From contig JAHFHF010000003.1 of assembly GCA_023247055.1 (NCBI GenBank), positions 36,367-100,366 on the forward strand: 64,000 nucleotides of DNA, written 5' to 3'. Source of the DNA: Candidatus Omnitrophota bacterium. Its GTDB lineage: Bacteria; Omnitrophota; Omnitrophia; Omnitrophales; Aquincolibacteriaceae. The notes beneath the pieces were generated by a model. The model searched no databases. It was given only the letters and a program-made list of their open reading frames with translations, and was not told where the DNA came from. Position numbers and translations under genes: made by a program. The number at the start of each line of letters is the position of its first letter. Within the stretch, counting starts at the first letter, position 1. Below are positions 7,784-17,396 of the stretch, in pieces.

Positions 7784-10225
7784 ATGGAACAAAAGCATTT
7801 AGTCGTGGTGGGGGATGGCATGGCCGGCATGTCGTGTGTCGACCAAATTCTTAAACGAAAGCCGAATTTTAAAATTACGGTCTTAAGCGAAGAAACCTAT
7901 TACAACTACAACCGCATCTTGCTTTCCTGCGTGCTCGCGGGCGAAAAGACCGTCGATGAAATTTATATCAATACCAAAGCATGGTATGACGAACATGGCA
8001 TTGAACTTCTTTTAGGCGTCAAAGCCGTTGACGTGGATGCCAAAAACAAAATTGTTTTTACCGCCGATAACCGTCAGATTTCCTACGACCTGCTGCTCTT
8101 AGCCACGGGCAGTAACCCCTTTATTCCGCCGATTGCCGGTATCCAAAAAGATGGTGTGGTTACCTATCGCAATATGGCCGACACCGAAGAGATTATCAAA
8201 CGCTGTGAAACCGCCAAGCATGCGGTGGTGATCGGCGGCGGGCTTTTGGGACTGGAGGCCGCGCGCGGCACCTCCAGCCGGGGCGTGCATACGACGGTGG
8301 TGCACATCATGGACCGTTTGATGGACATGCAGCTTGATGAAGTCGGCGGCCAGTTTTTGAAACGTGAAATCGAGAAACTCGGCATCACCGTGCTTTTGAA
8401 TGCGAACACCGCCGAAATCATGGGCGATTCCAAGGTCGAAGGCGTCAGCTTCAAAGACGGCAATGCCGTGAAAGCGGACATGGTCGTGGTGGCCTGCGGC
8501 ATCCGTCCCAATGTCGAACTCGGTAAAAAAGCGGGTTTGAAAATTAACCGCGGCATTGTGGTCAACGATCACATGGAAACCAGCGACCCTTCCATTTTTG
8601 CGGTGGGCGAATGCGTTGAGCATCGCGAAAAAATTTACGGGTTGGTTGCGCCGCTCTATGACCAAGGCAAAGTGTTGGCTGCCACCATCACGGGAGATAA
8701 AGGGCCCGTGTACGAAGGTTCGGTCTTGGCGACCAAACTCAAAGTCATGGGCATTGAACTTTTTTCAGCCGGCGATTTTAAGGCGCTCGACTCCGACAAA
8801 GAAGTGGTCTCGTATCAAGACCATGCTTTTGGCGTTTACAAAAAAGTCGTGGTGTATGCTAACTGGGTCGTGGGCACGATTTTGATCGGGGATACCTCGG
8901 ATGCCAATCGTTTGCTGGAAATGATCCGCAAGCAGGAGAAAGTTACGGACAACCGGCAGCATTTGCTTTTTCAAAAACCGCCGGCTGTGGCCGGCTCGCC
9001 TTCCGATGTTATGTCCCGTCCGGACACGGACACCATCTGCGGCTGCATCGGCGTCAGCAAGGGGCAAATTCTTTCCGCCATCAAAGAGCAAAGCTGCAAA
9101 ACCGTTTCGCAAGTCAAAGCCTGCACCAAAGCATCTTCGGGCTGCGGCACTTGCGCCGGGCTTGTTCAGGATATTTTAGTCGCGGCATTGGGTTCTGAAT
9201 TCCAGGAAGAAAAAAAAGACACCCTGTGCGCCTGCGTGCCTTTTCCTAAAGAAAAACTCCGCACCATGATTCAAACCCAGAAATTAAAATCCGTGCAGGA
9301 TGTTTTGGACATTTACGGCAACGGCGCAGGCTGTTCGTATTGCAAACCGGCGTTGAGTTTTATTGTCGACGAAGTGCATTGCGGCGATCACAAAGAAGAC
9401 CGCTCGGCGCGGTTTATCAATGACCGCGTGCACGCCAACATTCAACGCGACGGCACTTTTTCTGTGATTCCGCGCATGCACGGCGGTGTGACCAGCCCGC
9501 AGCAGCTCCGCAAAATTGCGGATGTGGCGGAAAAATACAACGTGCCCATGGTCAAGGTCACGGGCAGCCAGCGCATTGACCTTCTGGGCATCAAAAAAGA
9601 AGACCTGCCCAAAGTTTGGGCCGACCTGGATATGAAATCCGGCCATGCTTATGCCAAAGCCGTGCGCATGGTCAAATCCTGCGTGGGTACGGACTTTTGC
9701 CGTTACGGCACGCAAAACTCGATTGCGACGGGCATCCAGCTCGAAACGCTTTTGGAAGGTCTTTACACCCCGGGCAAAGTCAAGATGGGCGTTGTCGGCT
9801 GTCCGCGCAACTGCGCAGAGGCCACGGTTAAAGACATCGGTCTTGTCGGCATCGAAGGCGGCTGGCAAGTCGTGATCGGCGGCGCTGCCGGTAAAGTCGT
9901 CCGCGCCGCAGATATTTTAACCACGGTCAAGACCACCGAAGAAGCTTTGGAAGCGGCACTGCTCTTTTTTCAGTATTACCGGGAAAACGGGGAGTATCTG
10001 GAACGCACTTATGATTTTGTCGAACGCGCGGGACTTGAAAAAATCCGCCGCGAAACCATTCTTGCTTCCGAAGAAACCAAAAAAGGCCTGCTCGAGCGCT
10101 TGAACAAAGCCAGGGCTAAAGCGGTCGATCCGTGGAAGGAAGCCTCCAAGCCCGTTCATCCCATGCAGTTCAAAGATTTTGTGCTGCCCAAAGACGCGGA
10201 AGCTTTGATCGGAGGCCTGTCATGA
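7784..10225 (+). CDS. nirB: NAD(P)H-dependent nitrite reductase large subunit
   Basis: FAD/NAD motifs (GGGLLGLEAA), two BFD-like [2Fe-2S] Cys clusters, KSCVGTDFCRYG, GCPRNCAE siroheme/4Fe-4S motif. Confidence 0.95.
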   Translation: MEQKHLVVVGDGMAGMSCVDQILKRKPNFKITVLSEETYYNYNRILLSCVLAGEKTVDEIYINTKAWYDEHGIELLLGVKAVDVDAKNKIVFTADNRQISYDLLLLATGSNPFIPPIAGIQKDGVVTYRNMADTEEIIKRCETAKHAVVIGGGLLGLEAARGTSSRGVHTTVVHIMDRLMDMQLDEVGGQFLKREIEKLGITVLLNANTAEIMGDSKVEGVSFKDGNAVKADMVVVACGIRPNVELGKKAGLKINRGIVVNDHMETSDPSIFAVGECVEHREKIYGLVAPLYDQGKVLAATITGDKGPVYEGSVLATKLKVMGIELFSAGDFKALDSDKEVVSYQDHAFGVYKKVVVYANWVVGTILIGDTSDANRLLEMIRKQEKVTDNRQHLLFQKPPAVAGSPSDVMSRPDTDTICGCIGVSKGQILSAIKEQSCKTVSQVKACTKASSGCGTCAGLVQDILVAALGSEFQEEKKDTLCACVPFPKEKLRTMIQTQKLKSVQDVLDIYGNGAGCSYCKPALSFIVDEVHCGDHKEDRSARFINDRVHANIQRDGTFSVIPRMHGGVTSPQQLRKIADVAEKYNVPMVKVTGSQRIDLLGIKKEDLPKVWADLDMKSGHAYAKAVRMVKSCVGTDFCRYGTQNSIATGIQLETLLEGLYTPGKVKMGVVGCPRNCAEATVKDIGLVGIEGGWQVVIGGAAGKVVRAADILTTVKTTEEALEAALLFFQYYRENGEYLERTYDFVERAGLEKIRRETILASEETKKGLLERLNKARAKAVDPWKEASKPVHPMQFKDFVLPKDAEALIGGLS

Positions 10226-10617
10226 GCGCTGACGCGTCCATGAAATGGTTCCGGGTTGCTTCTACCCGCGATATTCCTGAAAGGGAAGGCCGGCGCGTGG
10301 AATACGGTCCGCATATTGCCGCGCTTTTTAATTTAGGCACGGAGTATTTGGCCGTGGAGAACCAATGCCCGCATAAGAGCGGGCCTCTGGCCGACGGAAT
10401 TGTGGCCGGAAAAAATGTTTTTTGCCCGCTGCATAACTGGAAAATCAATTTGCAAAACGGCTGCGCCTTGAGCGGCGGAACCGGACAGGTCAAAACATTT
10501 CCGGTCAAAGTGTCGGGCAGTGAGATCTATCTTGCTTTTGAATCCGCGGCCTACCAAGCCTGTGATCTTTCGGCGCAAGCCCAAGAGTCTCAAACTTCCA
10601 ATCCGGTGGAAGGATGA
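10222..10617 (+). CDS. nirD: Nitrite reductase small (Rieske-type) subunit
   Basis: NQCPHKSGPLADG...CPLHNW; ATGA overlap with nirB. Confidence 0.9.
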   Translation: MSADASMKWFRVASTRDIPEREGRRVEYGPHIAALFNLGTEYLAVENQCPHKSGPLADGIVAGKNVFCPLHNWKINLQNGCALSGGTGQVKTFPVKVSGSEIYLAFESAAYQACDLSAQAQESQTSNPVEG

Positions 10618-10626
10618 GATCAGACC

Positions 10627-12318
10627 ATGGACGAATTTAATCTGATCGATTTGCTCGACTCGAGCGGCCTTCCGCTCAAAAATCGGATCAGCAAAGAAGG
10701 CTATTACAACCCCCGCCCGGAGAAGGCCATAGCGCCGGCCGCTGACGTTCTCATTCCTACAGCCCCCCTCGAACAAGGCGAACAATACCGTTTCCATTTT
10801 GACATGTCCTTGTGCATCGGCTGCCAATGCTGCGTTGTTGCCTGCAACGAACAGAACAACAATCCTGCCGAGGTGAATTGGCGGCGGGTCGGCGAAATCG
10901 AAGGCGGTATTTATCCTGACACTAAACGCTACCATCTTTCGATGGCCTGTAATCATTGTTTGGATCCGTCCTGCCTGGAGGGTTGTCCGACAGACGCTTA
11001 CATCAAACTTGAAAACGGGATTGTTCAACACCAGGCCGATGAATGCATCGGCTGCGGCTACTGCACCTGGAACTGTCCCTACGGTGTTCCGCAATACAAT
11101 ACGGAACGCAACATCGTGACCAAATGCGATATGTGTCACAGCCGTCTTAAAGAAGGGCAGCTGCCGGCCTGTGTGGCCGCCTGCCCGGAAGGCGCGATCA
11201 AAATTGAAAAAGTCAATGTGGCCGAGTGGCGCGAAAACCATGCGCAAGCGAACGCTCCTTATGTGCCCGATTCCGGCATGACGCTTTCCACCACGCGGAT
11301 CACATTGCCTGAAAATGTGCCCGACGATTTGCTGCGTGCCAACCGGCACCGGATTGAACCCGAAAAGCCGCACACTTCGCTCATCTTGATGACGGTTTTG
11401 ACCCAGCTGGCCGCCGGCGGCTTCATGACGCTCTGGCTGCTGGAGTTTTTTGCCCGCTGGGTTAATTTTTTGAAACCGCTGCAGGGTTTTCTTCCTTATG
11501 GCGCGGCCGGTATGCTTGCGATGACGGGCCTGGCGCTTGTCACGGCAGTTTTCCACCTGGGCCGTCCATTGCATGCCTACAAAGCCCTGCGGATGTGGAA
11601 GCGTTCCTGGCTTTCGCGCGAAGTGCTCTTCTTTGCGCTTTTTTCCAAGGCCGGCGCCGCTTATGCCGGGCTGGAACTGGCCCGGCATTTTTTAGGATGG
11701 AATATTCCGGACAACGCCATGACGCTGCTAGGAGCGGCCGTGGTGCTCACGGGGTTGGCGGGCGTGTATGCGAGCGCAAAAATCTACATGGTACCGGCAC
11801 GGCCGGCTTGGAACACGATCCGCACGCCGCTGCGCTTTTTTTTGACGGGCTTTATTTTGGGGCCTTTGTTTGCCCTCGTAGTTTACAGCCTGTATGGGGT
11901 TCTTCAAATCCATGAGCCGCTCAGTGCCGCGATCAAAGGCCCGGTGTTTGTTTTTCTTGCGGTTTCGGCGATTGCTGGTTTTTTTCAGATGGCCGTGCTT
12001 CTATCGAGACTCTTTTCCATGCCCTGGGAAGAGTTCAATGAACTGCATGCCTCGAGTTTTCTCTTGCTGCACCGTTTCAAAAATCTTTTTGTCCTGCGGC
12101 TGGCGGCCCTTGTTCTCGGTTCTTTTATCTGTCCCTTTGCCCTGTTTGCGGCATTGCAGCCGGATGCTTTGCAGGGGGGAATCTTTTTGGGCCTGGGTTC
12201 CGTGTGTTTTCTTTTTTCGCTGGCCGGTGAATTTTTAGGCCGGTATTTGTTTTTCGTCACCGTGGTTCCTAAAAATATGCCGGGCTCGTTTTTTGCGGCC
12301 CAAGGCGGCAGCCATTGA
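10627..12318 (+). CDS. Fused DmsB-like 4Fe-4S dicluster domain + DmsC/YnfH membrane anchor
   Basis: CIGCQCCVVAC, CNHCLDPSCLEGCP, CIGCGYCTWNCPYG, KCDMC...CVAACP; then multi-TM region with HLGRP...SWLSRE and GRYLFF. Confidence 0.88.
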   Translation: MDEFNLIDLLDSSGLPLKNRISKEGYYNPRPEKAIAPAADVLIPTAPLEQGEQYRFHFDMSLCIGCQCCVVACNEQNNNPAEVNWRRVGEIEGGIYPDTKRYHLSMACNHCLDPSCLEGCPTDAYIKLENGIVQHQADECIGCGYCTWNCPYGVPQYNTERNIVTKCDMCHSRLKEGQLPACVAACPEGAIKIEKVNVAEWRENHAQANAPYVPDSGMTLSTTRITLPENVPDDLLRANRHRIEPEKPHTSLILMTVLTQLAAGGFMTLWLLEFFARWVNFLKPLQGFLPYGAAGMLAMTGLALVTAVFHLGRPLHAYKALRMWKRSWLSREVLFFALFSKAGAAYAGLELARHFLGWNIPDNAMTLLGAAVVLTGLAGVYASAKIYMVPARPAWNTIRTPLRFFLTGFILGPLFALVVYSLYGVLQIHEPLSAAIKGPVFVFLAVSAIAGFFQMAVLLSRLFSMPWEEFNELHASSFLLLHRFKNLFVLRLAALVLGSFICPFALFAALQPDALQGGIFLGLGSVCFLFSLAGEFLGRYLFFVTVVPKNMPGSFFAAQGGSH

Positions 12319-14522
12319 AAAATTTTTTAAAACCCATCAAGAAACGCCTCGGCCTGGACATTCAAAAGGACAAATATGCCTACGGTCTGGATGAGCAGTT
12401 CGGCTATTTGTCCAAGGCGAAAATTCCGGACCGCTGGGTCGCTACGACTTGCGGCTACTGTTCGGTCGGGTGCGGGATGCTGATCGGAGTAAAGGCCGGC
12501 AAGCCGGTCAGCGTGCGCGGCCATGCAGATCATCCCGTGAATGAAGGCATGCTTTGCCCCAAAGGATTGGCTGAACATTATGCCATTACCGCGCCGAACC
12601 GCGCGCAATGGCCGCTCTTGAAAGACACCAAGGGCCGTTTTCAAAGAGTGACGTGGGATGCGGCCATCCAAACGCTTGTGGCGAAATTCCGCGCCATTCA
12701 AAATCAATACGGACCGGAGGCTTTGGGGGTCATCAGTACGGGCCAGCTTGTGACCGAAGAGTTTTACACCCTTGGAAAATTGGTCCAGCTTGGGTTCGGC
12801 ACAAAAAATTATGACGGCAATACGACGCTTTGCATGTCGAGCGCCGTGGCGGGGTACAAACGCTCGTTTGGCAGCGACGGGCCGCCGGGGAATTACGAAG
12901 ACCTGGAAAAAGCGGACTTGGTTTTTCTGATCGGCGCCAATATTGCGGACAATCATCCCATCTTGTGCTACCGTCTTGAAAAAAACCTGAAAAAAACCGT
13001 CATCGTTGCGGACCCGCGCGTGACGAAAACCGCCATGATGGCCGATCTTTTTCTGCCCGTGAAACCGCGCAGCGATATTGCGCTGCTCAACGGCATCATG
13101 CATTGGATCATCAAGGCCGGCAAGGCGAACCAGGATTATATTCAGAAACATACGCAGGGTTTTGCGGAATTGCGCGCGCATCTTGAGAAATATACGCTCG
13201 ATTACGTCAGCGGCGTCACAGGCCTGCCGGTCCAGCAAATCCAAAAAACGGCGCAGCTTTATGCGGAAGCCAAAGCGCCTTTTATCGGCTGGACCATGGG
13301 CGTCAATCACAGCACGCAGGGCACGGAAACCGTGAACACGATCTGCAACCTGGCTTTGATCACCGGCAATATCGGCCGGATCGGCGCGGCGCCGTTTTCC
13401 ATCACCGGCCAATGCAATGCCATGGGCACGCGCGAATCGGGATTTGCGTCAAGCCTGCCCGGCTACCGCAAATTTGAAGAGGCGGGCCACCGGGCCGAAC
13501 TGGCCCAATTGTGGAATGTGGATGAAGAAATCATTCCCAAGGCCCGCGGCCTGGCCTATCCCGATATTATCGAGGCCGTGCTGAGCGGAAAAATTAAAGG
13601 GCTGTGGATCATTGCCACCAACCCGCTGGTGTCGTTTCCCAACCAAAATTATCTCAAAGAAGTTTTGAGCCGGCTGGATTTTCTCGTGGTTCAGGACGGC
13701 TATCACCCCATTCCCACTTCAGAGATCGCGCATCTGGTTTTGCCGGCGGCCGTGTGGGGTGAGAAAGAAGGCACGTATACGAATTCCGAGCGCCGTGTGA
13801 GCAAAGTGAATAAAGCGGTCGAGCCTCCGGGGCAGGCCAAATCGGATTTTGATATTTTTCTTGCCATCGCCGAAGCGCTGGGCGTGTCCGGAAAACTTTT
13901 TCCCGGCTGGACCAAGCCGGAAGATGCTTTCGAAGAATGGAAAAAAGTCTCGCGCAGCCGGCTTTGTGATTATTCAGGTATGACGTATGAATTACTCGAG
14001 CAAATTGGCGGGATTCAATGGCCCTACTCGCTGGATCAGCCGCGGGATGCCGCGCAAACTTATCCGCTGTATCAAGACGGCGTTTTTCAAACCGCGGACG
14101 GCCGCGCCAAACTTTGGGTGGTCGAAAATGAAGCGCCGCCGGAAGTCCCGAATACCGAGTATCCCTTTTGGCTCAACACCGGCAGGACCGTCGAGCATTG
14201 GCATACGCGCACCAAGACCGGGCAGATCCCGCTATTGAACCGTCTGTCGCCGGAAGCCTGGGTTGAGATGAATACGCGCGATGCGCTGAAACTCAAAATT
14301 AAACACGGCGATTACGTTCGCGTGGACTCCCGCCGAGGCGCGATCGACCGCATCGTCGTGCGTGTGACGGAAACCGTGGCGCCCGGGCAAGTGTTCATTC
14401 CGTTTCATTTTGCGGAAGCCAATGCCAACAATTTGACCGTCAATAGCTGCGATCCCTATTCGCGCGAACCGAACTACAAGCAGGCTGCCGTCCAAATCCG
14501 CAAAGCGGATTCGAAACTTTAA
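12315..14522 (+). CDS. nasA: Molybdopterin nitrate reductase catalytic subunit (NasA/NarB-like)
   Basis: TTCGYCSVGCG...CPKG, TLCMSSAVAGY, GQCNAMG.RE, LNTGR..EHWHTRT; no Tat motif. Confidence 0.88.
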   Translation: MKNFLKPIKKRLGLDIQKDKYAYGLDEQFGYLSKAKIPDRWVATTCGYCSVGCGMLIGVKAGKPVSVRGHADHPVNEGMLCPKGLAEHYAITAPNRAQWPLLKDTKGRFQRVTWDAAIQTLVAKFRAIQNQYGPEALGVISTGQLVTEEFYTLGKLVQLGFGTKNYDGNTTLCMSSAVAGYKRSFGSDGPPGNYEDLEKADLVFLIGANIADNHPILCYRLEKNLKKTVIVADPRVTKTAMMADLFLPVKPRSDIALLNGIMHWIIKAGKANQDYIQKHTQGFAELRAHLEKYTLDYVSGVTGLPVQQIQKTAQLYAEAKAPFIGWTMGVNHSTQGTETVNTICNLALITGNIGRIGAAPFSITGQCNAMGTRESGFASSLPGYRKFEEAGHRAELAQLWNVDEEIIPKARGLAYPDIIEAVLSGKIKGLWIIATNPLVSFPNQNYLKEVLSRLDFLVVQDGYHPIPTSEIAHLVLPAAVWGEKEGTYTNSERRVSKVNKAVEPPGQAKSDFDIFLAIAEALGVSGKLFPGWTKPEDAFEEWKKVSRSRLCDYSGMTYELLEQIGGIQWPYSLDQPRDAAQTYPLYQDGVFQTADGRAKLWVVENEAPPEVPNTEYPFWLNTGRTVEHWHTRTKTGQIPLLNRLSPEAWVEMNTRDALKLKIKHGDYVRVDSRRGAIDRIVVRVTETVAPGQVFIPFHFAEANANNLTVNSCDPYSREPNYKQAAVQIRKADSKL

Positions 14523-14527
14523 CGGCT

Positions 14528-14600
14528 CGTCATGCTGAGTTCGAGATGTGTTTTTGTCATCCTGAGTCGCTTGAGTACTCTCAAGACGGCGAAGGATCTC
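14528..14600. repeat. Family B half elements, intergenic
   Basis: CGTCATGCTGAG and TGTCATCCTGAG...GCGAAGGATCTC. Confidence 0.7.
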
Positions 14601-14628
14601 AGAGCCGAGGCTCAAAAGGAATTAAAAC

Positions 14629-15897
14629 ATGAAAGTGAAAGATTTTCTTAAAAGCGGACATCCGCCGACGCTCTTTGCGGCATTTCTTTATTTTGACACG
14701 AGTTTCATGATCTGGGTCCTGATGGGCGTCCTGGGCGTTTTTATTTCCGATGACTTCGGACTGACGGCCGCTCAAAAAGGTTTTCTTGCGGCTGTGCCTA
14801 TTTTAGGCGGGGCTTTAGTGCGTATTCCCTTGGGCCTTCTCGTGGACCACATCGGGCCTAAAAAGACAGGCCTTTTGGGACAGGTGATTGTGCTTATCCC
14901 GCTTTTGGGCGTCTGGCTTTTCGGCAGTGATTTAAATGCGGTGTTTGCTTTTGGGCTGCTCCTCGGGATTGCCGGCGGAAGTTTTGCAGTGGCCCTGCCG
15001 CTGGCCAGCCGCTGGTATCCGGCGCAATACCAAGGCATGGCGCTGGGCATTGCCGGGGCGGGCAACAGCGGCACGGTTCTGGCGGCGCTTTTTGCTCCGA
15101 GCCTGGCTGAGATCATGGGCTGGCGCAATGTTTTTGGAATCGCTCTTGTACCGGTTCTGCTGACGCTCGCCGCTTTTTATTTTTTGGCTAAGGAAAGCCC
15201 GGCGCAGCCCAAACCCAAAAAATTTTCGGATTACTTTTCTGTTTTTAAAGAAGCAGACACCTTTTGGTTTTGTTTTTTCTACGGCATCACTTTTGGCGGC
15301 TTCGTGGGACTAGCCAGTTTCCTGGGGATTTTCTTTCATGACCAATACGGCCTTTCCAAAGTCATGGCCGGAAACATTACGGCCCTGTGTGTCTGCGCCG
15401 GCAGTTTCTTCCGGCCGGTAGGAGGCTATTTGGCCGACCGGTTCGGGGGCGTCAAAATGCTCAGCCTTCTTTTTGGGGCCGTGGCTTTATTCGTTTCGGG
15501 AGTTGCCACTCTGCCTTCCTTTATCCTTGCCGTGACGTTTATTTTTTTGGCCATGGCTGGCCTTGGCATGGGCAACGGGGCCGTGTTTCAACTGGTGCCT
15601 TTGCGGTTCAAAAATGAAATTGGCGTGATGACGGGTGTTGTCGGCGCGGCCGGCGGCCTTGGCGGTTTTTTTCTGCCGACAATTCTTGGTTTTTTTAAAC
15701 AAACGGCTGGTTCCTACGGTTTTGGCTTTTTGGCCTTTGCGTTTTTTAGCTTCGCGGCCCTGGTGACTTTGCAAATCGTGCAAAAAGGCTGGAGTTTTTC
15801 CCAGCGGCAGCCTGAATTTCAGCCTGATTTTTCAACGGCGGCTTCTTTACATCCAAACCTTATTCTGCAGCCGGAAGCGGCCGCTAACCGGGAGTGA
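14629..15897 (+). CDS. narK: NarK/NasA-family MFS nitrate/nitrite transporter
   Basis: GHPPTLFAAFLYFD, GGSFAVALP..SRWYP, GMGNGAVFQLVP, GAAGGLGGF. Confidence 0.92.
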   Translation: MKVKDFLKSGHPPTLFAAFLYFDTSFMIWVLMGVLGVFISDDFGLTAAQKGFLAAVPILGGALVRIPLGLLVDHIGPKKTGLLGQVIVLIPLLGVWLFGSDLNAVFAFGLLLGIAGGSFAVALPLASRWYPAQYQGMALGIAGAGNSGTVLAALFAPSLAEIMGWRNVFGIALVPVLLTLAAFYFLAKESPAQPKPKKFSDYFSVFKEADTFWFCFFYGITFGGFVGLASFLGIFFHDQYGLSKVMAGNITALCVCAGSFFRPVGGYLADRFGGVKMLSLLFGAVALFVSGVATLPSFILAVTFIFLAMAGLGMGNGAVFQLVPLRFKNEIGVMTGVVGAAGGLGGFFLPTILGFFKQTAGSYGFGFLAFAFFSFAALVTLQIVQKGWSFSQRQPEFQPDFSTAASLHPNLILQPEAAANRE

Positions 15898-17396
15898 GTT
15901 CCATGGCGAATTTGCTTATTTCTAATCCCCAAAAACAAAAATCCGCAAAGAGGCCATGGCCGGCGCGGCGCACAAAAATCGTGGCCACGGTGGGACCCGC
16001 TTGCGAACAACCGCGCATTCTCAAAGAATTGATCCGCCAAGGCGCGGACATTTTGCGGATTAATACTTCGCATACGTCCGTGGAAGGGCTGCAGGAATGG
16101 ATCCGTTTAATCCGCAGCGCCGGCGCTGAAATTAAAAAAGAAATCCCTATTTTGGTTGATCTTCAAGGCCCGCGCATCCGCACCGGGTCTCTTAAAGATA
16201 AAAAGCCGGTGATGCTCCGCAAAGGCCAGTTGGTCGCGATCGTGCCGGGTAAAACCGGAGAGGACAACGGCGTTTATCAAATCAGCACGCCCTGCCTGCA
16301 ATTTCCGGCAATGGTTAAAAAAGGCGATCCCATTTTGATCGATAACGGGCTGATCGATCTTGAAGTGCTAAGCGTGGAGAAAAAAGAAATTAAATGCCGT
16401 GTGGCCTCCACGGGTATTTTAGGCGAGAACAAAGGCATCAACCTTCCCCATGCACCGACGACCCTGCCGGCTTTGTCGGATAAAGACATTGAAATTGTGC
16501 GCATGGCTGCCGCGCTGGAGGTCGATTTTATTGCACTTTCGTTTGTCCGGACCCCGGGCGACATTCTTTCAGTTCAAAAAATGCTCGACCGCTGCGAAAA
16601 ATCGATTCCCATCATTGCCAAGATTGAAAAGCCGATGGCGGTGGAGCAGATTGACGCGATCATCGCCGTCAGCCATGGAATCATGGTGGCGCGCGGAGAT
16701 TTAGGTATCGAGTTGGGCGTGGAAAAAGTTCCCGTTATTCAAAAGCAGCTTATCGAAAAAGCCAATCAAAGCAGCCTTCCCGTGATTACGGCCACTCAAA
16801 TGCTCGAGTCGATGATGGAGCATTCGCGGCCCACGCGAGCGGAAGCCTCCGATGTGGCCAATGCCGTCTTTGACGGGACGGATGCCGTCATGCTCTCGGG
16901 TGAAACTTCGATCGGAAAGTATCCGCTTGAAACCGTGCGCATGATGAGCGAAATCATTTGTGAGGCTGAAGAGCACATGCGCGGCCAGGCCCGGACGGTC
17001 CGCCCTATCTCGAGCCGCAAGGACCATCCGCTGTGCGCAATTTCGTATGCCGCGCAAAATGCGGCCGCTCACATTGACGCGAAGGCCATCGTGGCCTTCA
17101 CGCTCAGCGGCAAGACGGCCAGAATGGTTTCGAAGTTCGAGCGTCATTTGCCGATTTTGGCGTTTACACCTTCCGCGGCCGTAAGCCGGCGCTTGATGCT
17201 GTGCCGCGGCGTTATTCCGCTCCAAATTGAAAATTGCCATAGCACCGATGAAATGCTGGAACGGGGCGAACGTGTTTTGAGCCAATCCAAATTGTTGAAA
17301 AAGGGCGATGCCGTCGTGGTGCTCTCCAGCGCCCATGCGTTTCACGGCGCGAATTACATGGTCCTCATTCATTGGATCGGAGGAATGCCCCGGTGA
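15894..17396 (+). CDS. pyk: Pyruvate kinase
   Basis: RRTKIVATVGP, DLQGPRIR, MVARGDLGIE, ATQMLESM, PTRAEASDVANA. Confidence 0.95.
   Translation: MSSMANLLISNPQKQKSAKRPWPARRTKIVATVGPACEQPRILKELIRQGADILRINTSHTSVEGLQEWIRLIRSAGAEIKKEIPILVDLQGPRIRTGSLKDKKPVMLRKGQLVAIVPGKTGEDNGVYQISTPCLQFPAMVKKGDPILIDNGLIDLEVLSVEKKEIKCRVASTGILGENKGINLPHAPTTLPALSDKDIEIVRMAAALEVDFIALSFVRTPGDILSVQKMLDRCEKSIPIIAKIEKPMAVEQIDAIIAVSHGIMVARGDLGIELGVEKVPVIQKQLIEKANQSSLPVITATQMLESMMEHSRPTRAEASDVANAVFDGTDAVMLSGETSIGKYPLETVRMMSEIICEAEEHMRGQARTVRPISSRKDHPLCAISYAAQNAAAHIDAKAIVAFTLSGKTARMVSKFERHLPILAFTPSAAVSRRLMLCRGVIPLQIENCHSTDEMLERGERVLSQSKLLKKGDAVVVLSSAHAFHGANYMVLIHWIGGMPR

Noticed and set aside
10333-13412. Long antisense ORFs (451 aa, 361 aa) and similar shadows elsewhere
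   Set aside because: They lie opposite well-supported genes, show no recognisable motifs, and are typical codon-bias shadows.
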